Positions 51,991-63,604 of a stretch of DNA of 64,000 nt are shown piece by piece. This DNA comes from Eledone cirrhosa (lineage: Eukaryota), in contig OZ024764.1 of the NCBI GenBank assembly GCA_964016885.1, forward strand, positions 8,432,001 to 8,496,000. Direction: 5' to 3'. The position numbers and the translations under genes are program-made. Position 1 is the stretch's first letter, and every line of letters begins with the position of its first letter. The notes beneath the pieces were generated by a model. The model was given only the letters and a program-made list of their open reading frames with translations. It had not been told where the DNA came from and ran no database searches.

Positions 51991-52068
51991 CACTGTCTGA
52001 AGAGAGCATGGCTCTAGCTTCTACGCTGTATTGCATAACCAATTGTCATCCTCGAAATATGTAGCGTG
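51991..52068 (+). ncRNA. Type I hammerhead motif in the right arm of an inverted repeat
   Basis: CACtGT-CTGAAGA-GAGcATGGC...GTCATcCTC-GAA-ATATGT-A-GCGTG. Confidence 0.65.
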
Positions 52069-52764
52069 GCCTCATCAATAAAGGACTTTGTATTGGGCTT
52101 GCAATCGAAAGGTTGTGAGTCAATTCTCAGACCGGGTGATGTGTTGTTTCCTTGAGCAAGACACTTTATTTCACATTGCTCCAGTTTACTCAGCTGTAGA
52201 AATGAGATGATAGGACTGGGTTCCCTATCGTTCCACTGCAAAGTGGTCGTGGAGGTGCCACGCCAAAAAAGTACCCAGTCTACACTGTAAAGTGGACGTG
52301 GAGGCGCCACAGAAAAAAAAAAGCACCCAGCACTCTCTGTAAATGAGGTTGGTGTTAGGAAGGGCATCCCGCTGTAGAAATCAAGCCAGAATCAGTTCCC
52401 GTATGAGCAAGACAAGGTCAGCCGGCCGGACACTGCCCACAACAGGACAACCCGTCTAACCCATGCTAGCGTGGAAGAACGGACGTAAAACGGTGATGAT
52501 GGTGATGATGATGATGATGATTATCTAAACTTTGTATTTCCTTATTCTATATAAAAATGTATAAATATATAAGAATATAATAATTGTTTCTACTTTTGGC
52601 ACAAGGCCAGCAATTACCCAGTACATATATAAGAATATAATAATATATACCATTGACAAAGTAGAGAACATCTGTCCATTGGTTCCTGGAAACATCAAAC
52701 TGTTTGCTTTATCTATTGTGGTTTGATCCTGGGGAAAAATATAAGGTACAGTTATAATAATAAT

Positions 52765-53395
52765 GATAATAATGAAATATTGTGTACAGTGCTCAGGTGC
52801 ACTACAACTCATCAAAAAGTGTATGTATAGTACATAGGGTAATGTACAAACATCAGGAAAATGAACAGTGCACGAGTCATGATATACACATAATAATGAA
52901 ATTATTGTGTAAAGTGCTCAGGTGCACTACAACTCGTCAAAAGTGTATGTATAGTACATAGAATAATACACAAATGTCAGGGAAGTACATGTGTGTATGT
53001 GTTAGCTGTAGTGTTGGCGGATCTCGGGAAGCATGGAGGCCTTAAAGGATGCAGTGTCTCGACAGCTAACAACTGATGCAGGTAGTTTGTTCCATGGAGG
53101 TTTTAAAGGATGCAGTGTCTCGACAGCTAACAACTGATGCAGGGAGTTTGTTCCATGGAGGTTTTAAAGGATGCAGTGTCTCGACAGCTAACAATTGATG
53201 CAGGTAGTTTGTTCCATGGAGGTTTTAAAGGATGCAGTGTCTCGACAGCTAACAACTGATGCAGGTAGTTTGTTCCATGGAGGCCTTAAAGGGTGCAGTG
53301 TCTCGACAGCTAACAACTGATGCAGGTAGTTTGTTCCATGGAGGTTTTAAAGGATGCAGTGTCTCGACAGCTAACAACTGATGCAGGTAGTTTGC
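52765..53395 (-). mobile_element. 3' end of a CR1/L2-like LINE with a 61-bp segment amplified ~6x (53035-53395)
   Basis: WNKLPASVVSCRDTASFKASM, the WNxLP..VV..FK motif of CR1/L2 RT C-termini. Duplicated 3' UTR and (TTA)n tail. Confidence 0.75.
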
Positions 53396-53754
53396 TATTA
53401 TTGTGAATGGGCCTACCCTAAGTGTGTGCCTGTAGCATTGTAGGAGGAAAACTGGAAGAGGGCATTTGCCCTAGCGGTCAGGGTAATTATCCCAGTGCAT
53501 TACTGGTACTTTATTTCATTGACCCCGTAATGATGAAAGGCAAATTTAACCTTGGCGGGATTTGACCTCAGAATGACAAGGGCCGTAACCCTTTGCATCA
53601 AAGCATGGCGTCCGACCCTTTACTTATACTGCCTATCTATAATAATTGTTTCTACTTTTGGCACAAGGCCAGCAATAACCCAGTGCATAAAGTACCAGTA
53701 ATGCACTGGGTTTTTGCTGGCCTTGTGCCAAAAGTAGAAATAATTATTATCATT

Positions 53755-56700
53755 GATAGTAATAGTACTAATGGTGGTGGTGGTGGTGGTGGTGGTAGCT
53801 GGGGTTATGGTGATGGTAGAGGTGGTGGCAGTAGTAGTTGTGGCAGTGGTAATAGTAGTAGTACTAATGGTGGTGGTGGTAGCTGGGGTTATGGTGATGG
53901 TAGAGGTAGAGGTGGTGGCAGTGGTAGTTGTGGCAGTGGTAATAGTAGTAGTACTAATGGTGGTGGTGGTGGTGGTAGCTGGGGTTATGGTGATGGTAGA
54001 GGTAGAGGTAGAGGTGGTGGCAGTGGTAGTTGTGGCAGTGGTAATAGTAGTAGTACTAATGGTGGTGGTGGTGGTGGTAGCTGGGGTTATGGTGATGGTA
54101 GAGGTAGAGGTGGTGGTGGTGGCAGTAGTAGTTGTGGCAGTGGTAATAGTAGAAGTACTAATGGTGGTGGTGGTGGTGGTAGCTGGGGTTATGGTGATGG
54201 TAGAGGTGGTGGCAGTAGTAGTTGTGGCAGTGGTAATAGTAGTAGTACTAATGGTGGTGGTGGTAGCTGGGGTTATGGTGATGGTAGAGGTAGAGGTGGT
54301 GGTGGTGGCAGTGGTAGTTGTGGCAGTGGTAATAGTAGTAGTACTAATGGTGGTGGTGGTGGTGGTAGCTGGGGTTATGGTGATGGTAGAGGTAGAGGTA
54401 GAGGTGGTGGCAGTGGTAGTTGTGGCAGTGGTAATAGTAGTAGTACTAATGGTGGTGGTGGTAGCTGGGGTTATGGTGATGGTAGAGGTAGAGGTAGAGG
54501 TGGTGGCAGTGGTAGTTGTGGCAGTGGTAATAGTAGTAGTACTAATGGTGGTGGTGGTAGCTGGGGTTATGGTGATGGTAGAGGTAGAGGTAGAGGTGGT
54601 GGCAGTGGTAGTTGTGGCAGTGGTAATAGTAGTAGTACTAATGGTGGTGGTGGTAGCTGGGGTTATGGTGATGGTAGAGGTAGAGGTGGTGGTGGTGGCA
54701 GTGGTAGTTGTGGCAGTGGTAATAGTAGTAGTACTAATGGTGGTGGTGGTAGCTGGGGTTATGGTGATGGTAGAGGTAGAGGTAGAGGTGGTGGTGGTGG
54801 CAGTGGTAGTTGTGGCAGTGGTAATAGTAGTAGTACTAATGGTGGTGGTGGTGGTGGTGGTAGCTGGGGTTATGGTGATGGTAGAGGTAGAGGTAGAGGT
54901 GGTGGCAGTGGTAGTTGTGGCAGTGGTAATAGTAGTAGTACTATTGGTGGTGGTGGTGGTGGTAGCTGGGGTTATGGTGATGGTAGAGGTAGAGGTGGTG
55001 GCAGTAGTAGTTGTGGCAGTGGTAATAGTAGTAGTACTAATGGTGGTGGTGGTAGCTGGGGTTATGGTGATGGTAGAGGTAGAGGTAGAGGTGGTGGCAG
55101 TGGTAGTTGTGGCAGTGGTAATAGTAGTAGTACTAATGGTGGTGGTGGTAGCTGGGGTTATGGTGATGGTAGAGGTAGAGGTGGTGGCAGTAGTAGTTGT
55201 GGCAGTGGTAATAGTAGTAGTACTATTGGTGGTGGTGGTAGCTGGGGTTATGGTGATGGTAGAGGTAGAGGTAGAGGTGGTGGCAGTGGTAGTTGTGGCA
55301 GTGGTAATAGTAGTAGTACTAATGGTGGTGGTGGTAGCTGGGGTTATGGTGATGGTAGAGGTAGAGGTGGTGGCAGTAGTAGTTGTGGCAGTGGGTAATA
55401 GTAGAAGTACTAATGGTGGTGGTGGTGGTGGTAGCTGGGGTTATGGTGATGGTAGAGGTAGAGGTAGAGGTGGTGGCAGTGGTAGTTGTGGCAGTGGTAA
55501 TAGTAGTAGTACTAATGGTGGTGGTGGTGGTGGTAGCTGGGGTTATGGTGATGGTAGAGGTAGAGGTGGTGGTGGTGGCAGTAGTAGTTGTGGCAGTGGT
55601 AATAGTAGTAGTACTAATGGTGGTGGTGGTGGTGGTGGTGGTGGTAGCTGGGGTTATGGTGATGGTAGAGGTAGAGGTGGTGGCAGTGGTAGTTGTGGCA
55701 GTGGTAATAGTAGTAGTACTATTGGTGGTGGTGGTAGCTGGGGTTATGGTGATGGTAGAGGTAGAGGTAGAGGTGGTGGCAGTGGTAGTTGTGGCAGTGG
55801 TAATAGTAGTAGTACTAATGGTGGTGGTGGTAGCTGGGGTTATGGTGATGGTAGAGGTAGAGGTGGTGGCAGTAGTAGTTGTGGCAGTGGTAATAGTAGA
55901 AGTACTAATGGTGGTGGTGGTGGTGGTAGCTGGGGTTATGGTGATGGTAGAGGTAGAGGTAGAGGTGGTGGCAGTGGTAGTTGTGGCAGTGGTAATAGTA
56001 GTAGTACTAATGGTGGTGGTGGTGGTGGTAGCTGGGGTTATGGTGATGGTAGAGGTAGAGGTGGTGGTGGTGGCAGTAGTAGTTGTGGCAGTGGTAATAG
56101 TAGTAGTACTAATGGTGGTGGTGGTGGTGGTGGTGGTGGTAGCTGGGGTTATGGTGATGGTAGAGGTAGAGGTGGTGGCAGTGGTAGTTGTGGCAGTGGT
56201 AATAGTAGTAGTACTAATGGTGGTGGTGGTGGTGGTAGCTGGGGTTATGGTGATGGTAGAGGTAGAGGTGGTGGCAGTGGTAGTTGTGGCAGTGGTAATA
56301 GTAGTAGTACTAATGGTGGTGGTGGTAGCTGGGGTTATGGTGATGGTAGAGGTAGAGGTGGTGGCAGTGGTAGTTGTGGCAGTGGTAATAGTAGTAGTAC
56401 TAATGGTGGTGGTGGTAGCTGGGGTTATGGTGATGGTAGAGGTAGAGATAGAGGTGGTGGCAGTGGTAGTTGTGGCAGTGGTAATAGTAGTAGTACTAAT
56501 GGTGGTGGTGGTGGTGGTAGCTGGGGTTATGGTGATGGTAGAGGTAGAGGTGGTGGTGGTGGCAGTAGTAGTTGTGGCAGTGGTAATAGTAGTAGTACTA
56601 ATGGTGGTGGTGGTGGTGGTGGTAGCTGGGGTTATGGTGATGGTAGAGGTAGAGGGTGGTGGCAGTAGTAGTTGTGGCAGTGGTAATAGTAGAAGTACTA

Positions 56701-56913
56701 ATGGTGGTGGTGGTGGTGGTCAGCTGGGGTTATGGTGATGGTAGAGGTAGAGGTAGTGGTGGTGGCAGTGGTAGTTGTGGCAGTGGTAATAGTAGTAGTA
56801 CTAATGGTGGTGGTGGTGGTGGTAGCTGGGGTTATGGTGATGGTAGAGGTAGAGGTAGAGGTGGTGGCAGTGGTAGTTGTGGCAGTGGTAATAGTAGTAG
56901 TACTAATGGTGGT
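53755..56913. repeat. GGT/AGT triplet-based ~90-100-bp minisatellite, ending at an assembly gap
   Basis: Unit agctggggttatggtgat(ggtaga)n(ggt)n ggcagt.gtagttgtggcagtggtaatagtagtagtactaat(ggt)n. Confidence 0.95.
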
Positions 56914-57113
56914 NNNNNNNNNNNNNNNNNNNNNNNNNNNNNNNNNNNNNNNNNNNNNNNNNNNNNNNNNNNNNNNNNNNNNNNNNNNNNNNNNNNNNNN
57001 NNNNNNNNNNNNNNNNNNNNNNNNNNNNNNNNNNNNNNNNNNNNNNNNNNNNNNNNNNNNNNNNNNNNNNNNNNNNNNNNNNNNNNNNNNNNNNNNNNNN
57101 NNNNNNNNNNNNN
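56914..57113. other. Assembly gap (N run)
   Basis: About 200 consecutive n. Confidence 1.
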
Positions 57114-58174
57114 ATTACTCTATATATTCTATTGTATTTTCACAGTAAAGGCTTTACCTCACATAATATCTCACATAACATTTACATTACTCTATATATA
57201 CTATATTTTCACAGTAAAGGCTTTACCTCACATAATATCTCACAACATTTACATTACTCTATATATACTATTGTATTTTCACAGTAAAGGCTTTACCTCA
57301 CATATCAAATCTATGAGATTTTGATGTTATACCTTAATGTCAGTATGAGTGGCCAGTTATGGCTGGTTTGAACGGAAAGAGATGAGAGAATTCTGGCCGG
57401 ATACGGCCGATTTAAATGCTAAAGAGTTAAACTGACAAAGATTACCCTTGTCGTCTCACTCTCATCCACACTGGTAGCATTGCCAGACAAGAAATTTCTG
57501 AAAGCTATCAATTGGCCCTGGACCTCCAGAAAAATAGCAGCTAGCTGATTGTCATTGTTGCATAAAGAGCGTCCCGCCTCTTGGAACATCAAGCATAAGT
57601 AGTGAAAGAGTCACTAGCTGGGAAGAAAAACTTAACTACCTCCCACCTGTAACAACAATGGAGTTAAGGTGAGTGAGGCACTGCCTGCTGGATGCAAGGT
57701 GAGTGAGGCACTGACCCCTGGAGCTAATTGTGGGCAAGGCACTGCCCCCTGGAGCAGATACAAACTGTGCAGTGTGGAAATGCCTAAACAGACTAAGATC
57801 TGGTGTTGGACGTGCAAAATAGAGATATTTAAAGGATGGGGACATTGTGTGTAACTGCGCCATCGAATCACAGACTACACAGCACCTCCTGGTATGTCCC
57901 CTGCTGGAACACCCCTCCACAGTATTGAACATGGCAGAGTTTAATGAGAAAGGACAGCAATGTGTTCAGTTGAGGTGGAACCACATCACATCTAGCCAAG
58001 CTTTGTAGTTGACATTCTTGTGGACACAATAAGACACAACAAGAAGAAGACTCTCGTTTATTCTTGGATTTATGTAGTGTATATATAATATTCTATATAT
58101 ATAGTGTAGTGTATATATAGTGTAGTTTTGTCTCAATTTGTTAGTGATGTGTAAATATATAGTGTATATAGTTG

Positions 58175-58216
<42 letters not shown>

Positions 58217-59238
58217 GAAGTAATTCCGTCGGAAAGGTCCAGGAAAAAAGAGTGGTCTATGTAGGTTACAGAGCTTAATAGTTATGTAATAAACAACATA
58301 AGATAATTATTTCATTTACCAGTGGTTTCTTGAAAGCAAACAAATCTGCTTTCAGTCATCAGAATGACAAAATCCTGGTGGAAAGCAGATTTGTTTGCTT
58401 TCAAGAAATCACTGGTAAATGAAATAATTATCTTATGTTGTTTATTACATAACTATATATATATATATATTTGTTGTGTGACTGCAGCATCTACCAAGAA
58501 AGGACAGCAATGTGTTCAGCTATGGTGGAACCACATCTAGCCAAGCTCTGTAACTGACACTCTTGTGGACAAGAAGAATGTCTTCCCAAACACTGGCAAT
58601 GTCCCCCACCCACTGCTGACAATCAGAGTCATAGGACCATAAATTTGTGAGGAAAAAAAAGAAAAAAGAAAAAAGAAAAAAGAAAAAAGAAAAAAGAAAA
58701 AAAGAAAAAAAGAAAAAAAGAAAAAAAGAAAAAAAGAAAAAAGAAAAAAGAAAAAAGAAAAAAAGAAAAAAGAAAAAAGAAAAAAGAAAAAAGAAAAAAG
58801 AAAAAAGAAAATTCATTAAAATCAACCCCAGTGCATTACTGGTACTTTATTTTATTGACAAGAATAAAAGACAAAGTTAAAAACTTGGGATTTGAACTCA
58901 GATTATACAAGAAACATATCAAAATGCCACAAAACATTTTGACACTGTTGCTTAACCGATTCTGTCATTCCACAAACAACTATAATAATAATAATGATGA
59001 TGATGATGATGATGATGAAATAAAAATTGAAATAAAATTTACAGTTCAGCTTTAGCTGGCCTCTTATGAGGTTACAACACATCAAAGGTGTATTGGGTGT
59101 ATAAATGATAGGGGCCCCAGTTTGTGTGTGTATGTGTACATAAGATAGGACAGGAGTGTCTATCATTAAAACACACAAGAAGAAACCTCCTATGAAATAC
59201 AACCTTGTAGGAGCAAGTTGTAACAACACACATTGTGT

Positions 59239-59313
<75 letters not shown>

Positions 59314-59508
59314 TCAACAGTTTTGCAAGAAATGGGAACATGATTGGACCTGTTATTTTTCTCTAAAAACATTTTTTCCAGCTATTTCAAGCGTTAGCCT
59401 AATATATTACTTCCATATACTGTACCGATTGTGTTGTTATTTCTGTTTACCTTTTACATACACATATATATATATATATGTTTCTATATATATGTATATA
59501 CATACTTG

Positions 59509-59539
<31 letters not shown>

Positions 59540-60104
59540 GTATATATGTATACATATATGTGTGTGTGATAGGACTGGGGCCCCCTATCATCAAAATGCC
59601 CAATAAACTTTATATATATATATAAAATGTGTGTGTTGTTAGAGGAGGACATACATATGGAGGTTTAGTTAACAAGCTTTCTTGACAGTTTTAATGATAG
59701 GGACCCCAGTCCTACCATGTTGTTACAGCTCACACCTATGTAGGTTTAGCTGGCCTTCTACAAGGTTGTATCTGAGAGGAGGTGTCTTTGCTGTTTTAAT
59801 AATAGAGGAACTCAGTCTTCTTATGAAAAAAACCATGCAAAAATGAAGCATTTGGTTCAAAAACTCAACCCACCACCCAGCTTGGGAATTGAACCCACAA
59901 CCTGATGATCATGAATCCAACACCCTAACCGTTAGGCCACCAACTTCCACAATAACAACAATAACAACACTAAAGTGAAAACAAGATATTTTTTAAAAAA
60001 GACAACAATAATAATTATTATTATAATTCCTGCCAAAATCTCGTTAACGATGTTAAATTCGTAATGATATGACTTGGGGGGTGAGCAGATCTTTTATCTT
60101 AATA

Positions 60105-60960
60105 TGATCGAACTTGAACACGACCCAATTTTGACCTTGAACGTGACCCAATTTTGACCTTAACGTGGCCCAATTTTGACCTTGAACATGGCCCAATTTT
60201 GACCTTGAACACGACCCAATTTTGACCTTTAACACGACCTAATTTTGACCATTAACATGACACAATTTTGACCTTGATCGTGACCCAATATTAACCTTAA
60301 CATGACCCAATCTTGACCAAAAAATGACTGACACACTTGAATACTGACCATGGCCTTGGTATGACCGCAAACTGTGACCCCCGACCTGACTTTTGTTCGA
60401 TACAACTGCTTTCAAGGAATGCATGGCTGTTTGATTTGTGTTATTGACCAGGAACCATGACCTGACCATGACCTGACCATGATCTGACATGATCCAACAT
60501 GACCCCAACCATGGCCCAGATCTGACCCCCAACATCAACCTTGACATGTTCTAACATGACCCTAACCATGACATGATCCAACATGACCCTAACCATGACA
60601 TGACCTTGACATGATTTGACCCGACCCGACATCAACCATGACATGATCTGACTCCCAACCTTGACATGATCTGACACGACCCTAACCATGATCTGACCCC
60701 CAAGCTTGACATGATCCAACACGACCCCAACCATGACTTGACCTGACAACCCCAAACTTGACGTGATCCAACACGACCCCTACCCTAACCATGATCTGAC
60801 CCCCAAGCTTGACATGATCCAACACGACCCCAACCATGACTTCACCTGACCCCCAACCTTGGCATGATCCAACACGACCCCAACCATGACTTGACCTGAC
60901 GACCCCAACCATGATCTGACTCCGACCCGACCCTAACCATGACCTGACCCCGACCTTTCA
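60105..60960. repeat. Degenerate TGACC-based short tandem repeats (probable 3' UTR of the 61-62 kb gene)
   Basis: ~23-bp units acgacccaattttgaccttga, then catgacc/tgacccc variants. Confidence 0.8.
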
Positions 60961-61018
60961 TGTCAATATATTTCACCTGACCCATATTCAGTTCAAACAG
61001 AAGAGACTGTTACTTTCT

Positions 61019-62308
61019 TTACTTTTTCTTTGTTGTTCGTGTTTTTGTTGTTTTTTTAGTTGTTGTTGCTGCTACTGCTGCTGTTGCTCCCTTTGTTGTT
61101 GCTGCTGCTGCCTTTGTTGTTGTTGTTGTTGCTGCCGCCTTTGTTGTTGCTGCTGCTGCCTTTGTTGTTGTTGCTGCTGCTTCCGCCTTTGTTGTTGTTG
61201 CTGCTGCTTCCGCCTTTGTTGCTGCTGTTGCTCCCTTTGTTGTTGTTGTTGCTGCTGCCGCCTTTGTTGTTGTTGCTGCTGCCTTTGTTGTTGTTGTTGC
61301 TGCTCCCTTTGTTGTTGCTGCTGCTTCCGCCTTCGTTGCTGCTGCTGCTGCTGCCTTTGTTGTTGTTGTTGCTGCTGCCGCCTTTGTTGTTGTTGTTGTT
61401 GCTGCTGCCGCCTTTGTTGTTGCTGCTGCTTCCGCCTTTGTTGTTGTTGCTGCTGCTTCCGCCTTTGTTGTTGTTGCTGCTGCTTCCGCCTTTGTTGTTG
61501 TTGCTGCTGCTTCCGCCTTTGTTGCTGCTGTTGCTCCCTTTGTTGTTGTTGTTGTTGCTGCTGCCGCCTTTGTTGTTGCTGCTGCCTTTGTTGTTGTTGT
61601 TGCTGCTCCCTTTGTTGTTGCTGCTGCTGCAGCCTTTGTTGTTGTTGCTGCTGCTTCCGCCTTCGTTGCTGCTGCTGCTGCCTTTGTTGTTGTTGCTGCT
61701 GCCTTTGTTGTTGTTGCTGCTGCTGCCATTGTTGCTGCTGCTGCCTTTGTTGTTGCTGTTGCTCCTACCCTTGTTGTCGCTGCTGCCTTTGTTGTTGTTG
61801 CTGCTGCTCCTGCCGCTGCTGCAGTTGTTGCTGCTGCTCCTGCCCTTGTTGTTGCTGCTGCCTTTGTTGTTGTTGTTGCTCCTGCCCTTGTTGCTTCTGC
61901 TGTTGTTATTGTTGCTGCTGTTGTTGTTATTGTTGCTGCTGCTGCTGTTGTTATTGTTGCTGCTGCTGCTGCTGTAGTTGCTCTCGCTGCTGTTGTTATT
62001 GTTGCTGCTGCTGCTGCTGTAGTTGCTCTCGCTGCTGTCCTTCTCATCTTAGTTCCCGCCGCCGCCACTGGTCCACCATCTTTGGTCTCAGTTGATTTTC
62101 TCTTCACCGATTTCTGCCGATTCCTCGGCCAGTAATCATCATCATCACCATCACCACTCCCCTTCTCTACATCACCATCACTGCCACCACCATTATTTTC
62201 ATCATCATCATCAACAACAACATCAACATCAACAGTGTGAGAGTTATCACCCCTGCCTTTACTTTTGACGTTTCTCTTTGCTTTTGATTCTTCTAAATAT
62301 TCAGGTTC
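61019..62308 (-). CDS. Terminal exon of an unidentified gene: EPEYLEESKAKRN...acidic D/G tract...YWPRNRQKSVKRK..., then ~330 aa Ala/Thr/Lys repeat ending KKK*
   Basis: Acceptor ctctctatgtag|GAA at 62308. 430 codons open to the stop at 61019. The first ~90 codons are non-repetitive and protein-like. Confidence 0.7.
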   Translation of the reverse strand, partial: EPEYLEESKAKRNVKSKGRGDNSHTVDVDVVVDDDDENNGGGSDGDVEKGSGDGDDDDYWPRNRQKSVKRKSTETKDGGPVAAAGTKMRRTAARATTAAAAATITTAARATTAAAAATITTAAAATITTTAATITTAEATRAGATTTTKAAATTRAGAAATTAAAAGAAATTTKAAATTRVGATATTKAAAATMAAAATTTKAAATTTKAAAAATKAEAAATTTKAAAAATTKGAATTTTKAAATTKAAAATTTTTKGATAATKAEAAATTTKAEAAATTTKAEAAATTTKAEAAATTKAAAATTTTTKAAAATTTTKAAAAAATKAEAAATTKGAATTTTKAAATTTKAAAATTTTKGATAATKAEAAATTTKAEAAATTTKAAAATTKAAATTTTTKAAAATTKGATAAVAATTTKKTTKTRTTKKK

Positions 62309-62329
62309 CTACATAGAGAGAAAATAATA

Positions 62330-63290
62330 ATAATAATAATAATAATAATTGTTTCTACTTTAGGCACAAGGCCAGCAATTACCCCAGTACATTACTGGTA
62401 CTTTATTTTATCGACTCTGTAAGGATGAAAGGCAAAGTTATAATAATAATAATTGTTTCTACTTTTGGCACAAGGCCAGCAATTACCCCAGTACATTACT
62501 GGTACTTTATTTTATCGACTCCGTAAGGATGAAAGGCAAAGTTATAATAATAATAATTGTTTCTACTTTTGGCACAAGGCCAGCAATTACCCAGTACATT
62601 ACTGGTACTTTATTTTATCGACTCTGTAAGGATGAAAGGCAAAGTTATAATAATAATAATTGTTTCTACTTTTGGCACAAGGCCAGCAATTACCCCAGTA
62701 CATTACTGGTACTTTATTTTATCGACCCCGTAAGGATGAAAGGCAAAGTTATAATAATAATAATTGTTTCTACTTTTGGCACAAGGCCAGCAATTACCCC
62801 AGTACATTACTGGTACTTTATTTTATCGACTCTGTAAGGATGAAAGGCAAAGTTATAATAATAATAATTGTTTCTACTTTTGGCACAAGGCCAGCAATTA
62901 CCCCAGTACATTACTGGTACTTTATTTTATCGACTCTGTAAGGATGAAAGGCAAAGTTATAATAATAATAATTGTTTCTACTTTTGGCACAAGGCCAGCA
63001 ATTACCCCAGTACATTACTGGTACTTTATTTTATCGACCCCGTAAGGATGAAAGGCAAAGTTATAATAATAATAATTGTTTCTACATGAGGCACAAGGCC
63101 AGCAATTACCCCAGTACATTACTGGTACTTTATTTTATCGACTCTGTAAGGATGAAAGGCAAAGTTATAATAATAATAATTGTTTCTACTTTTGGCACAA
63201 GGCCAGCAATTACCCAGTACATTACTGGTACTTTATTTTATCGACCCCGTAAGGATGAAAGGCAAAGTTAACGTCGGCGGGATTTGAACT
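62330..63290. repeat. 104-bp tandem array of the family-2 SINE 3' half
   Basis: Near-identical ORFs at 62660, 62764, 62868 and 62972 (104-bp period). Confidence 0.95.
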
Positions 63291-63604
63291 CATACATTAT
63301 ACAAAATAATGGTTTCTTATATAGGCACAAGGCCAGCAATTTTTGGGGGAGGAGAAAGTCGATTAAATCGACCCCAGTGCGTGACTGGGTACTTTATTTT
63401 ATCGACCCCATAAAGATGAAAGGCAAAGTTAACCTCGGCGGGATTTGAACTCAGATCGTAAAGGGACGTAACTATGCAGGAAAGCATAATAATAATAATA
63501 ATAATTGTTTCTACTTTAGGCACAAGGCCAGCAATTACCCCAGTGCATTACTGGTACTTTATTTTATCGACCCCGTAAGGATGAAAGGCAAAGTCAACCT
63601 CGGC

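Noticed and set aside
58647-58880. Lys-rich ORF
   Set aside because: It is an (AAAAAAG)n low-complexity tract.
61060-61977. Poly-Leu ORF on the plus strand
   Set aside because: It is the antisense shadow of the Ala/Thr/Lys coding repeat.
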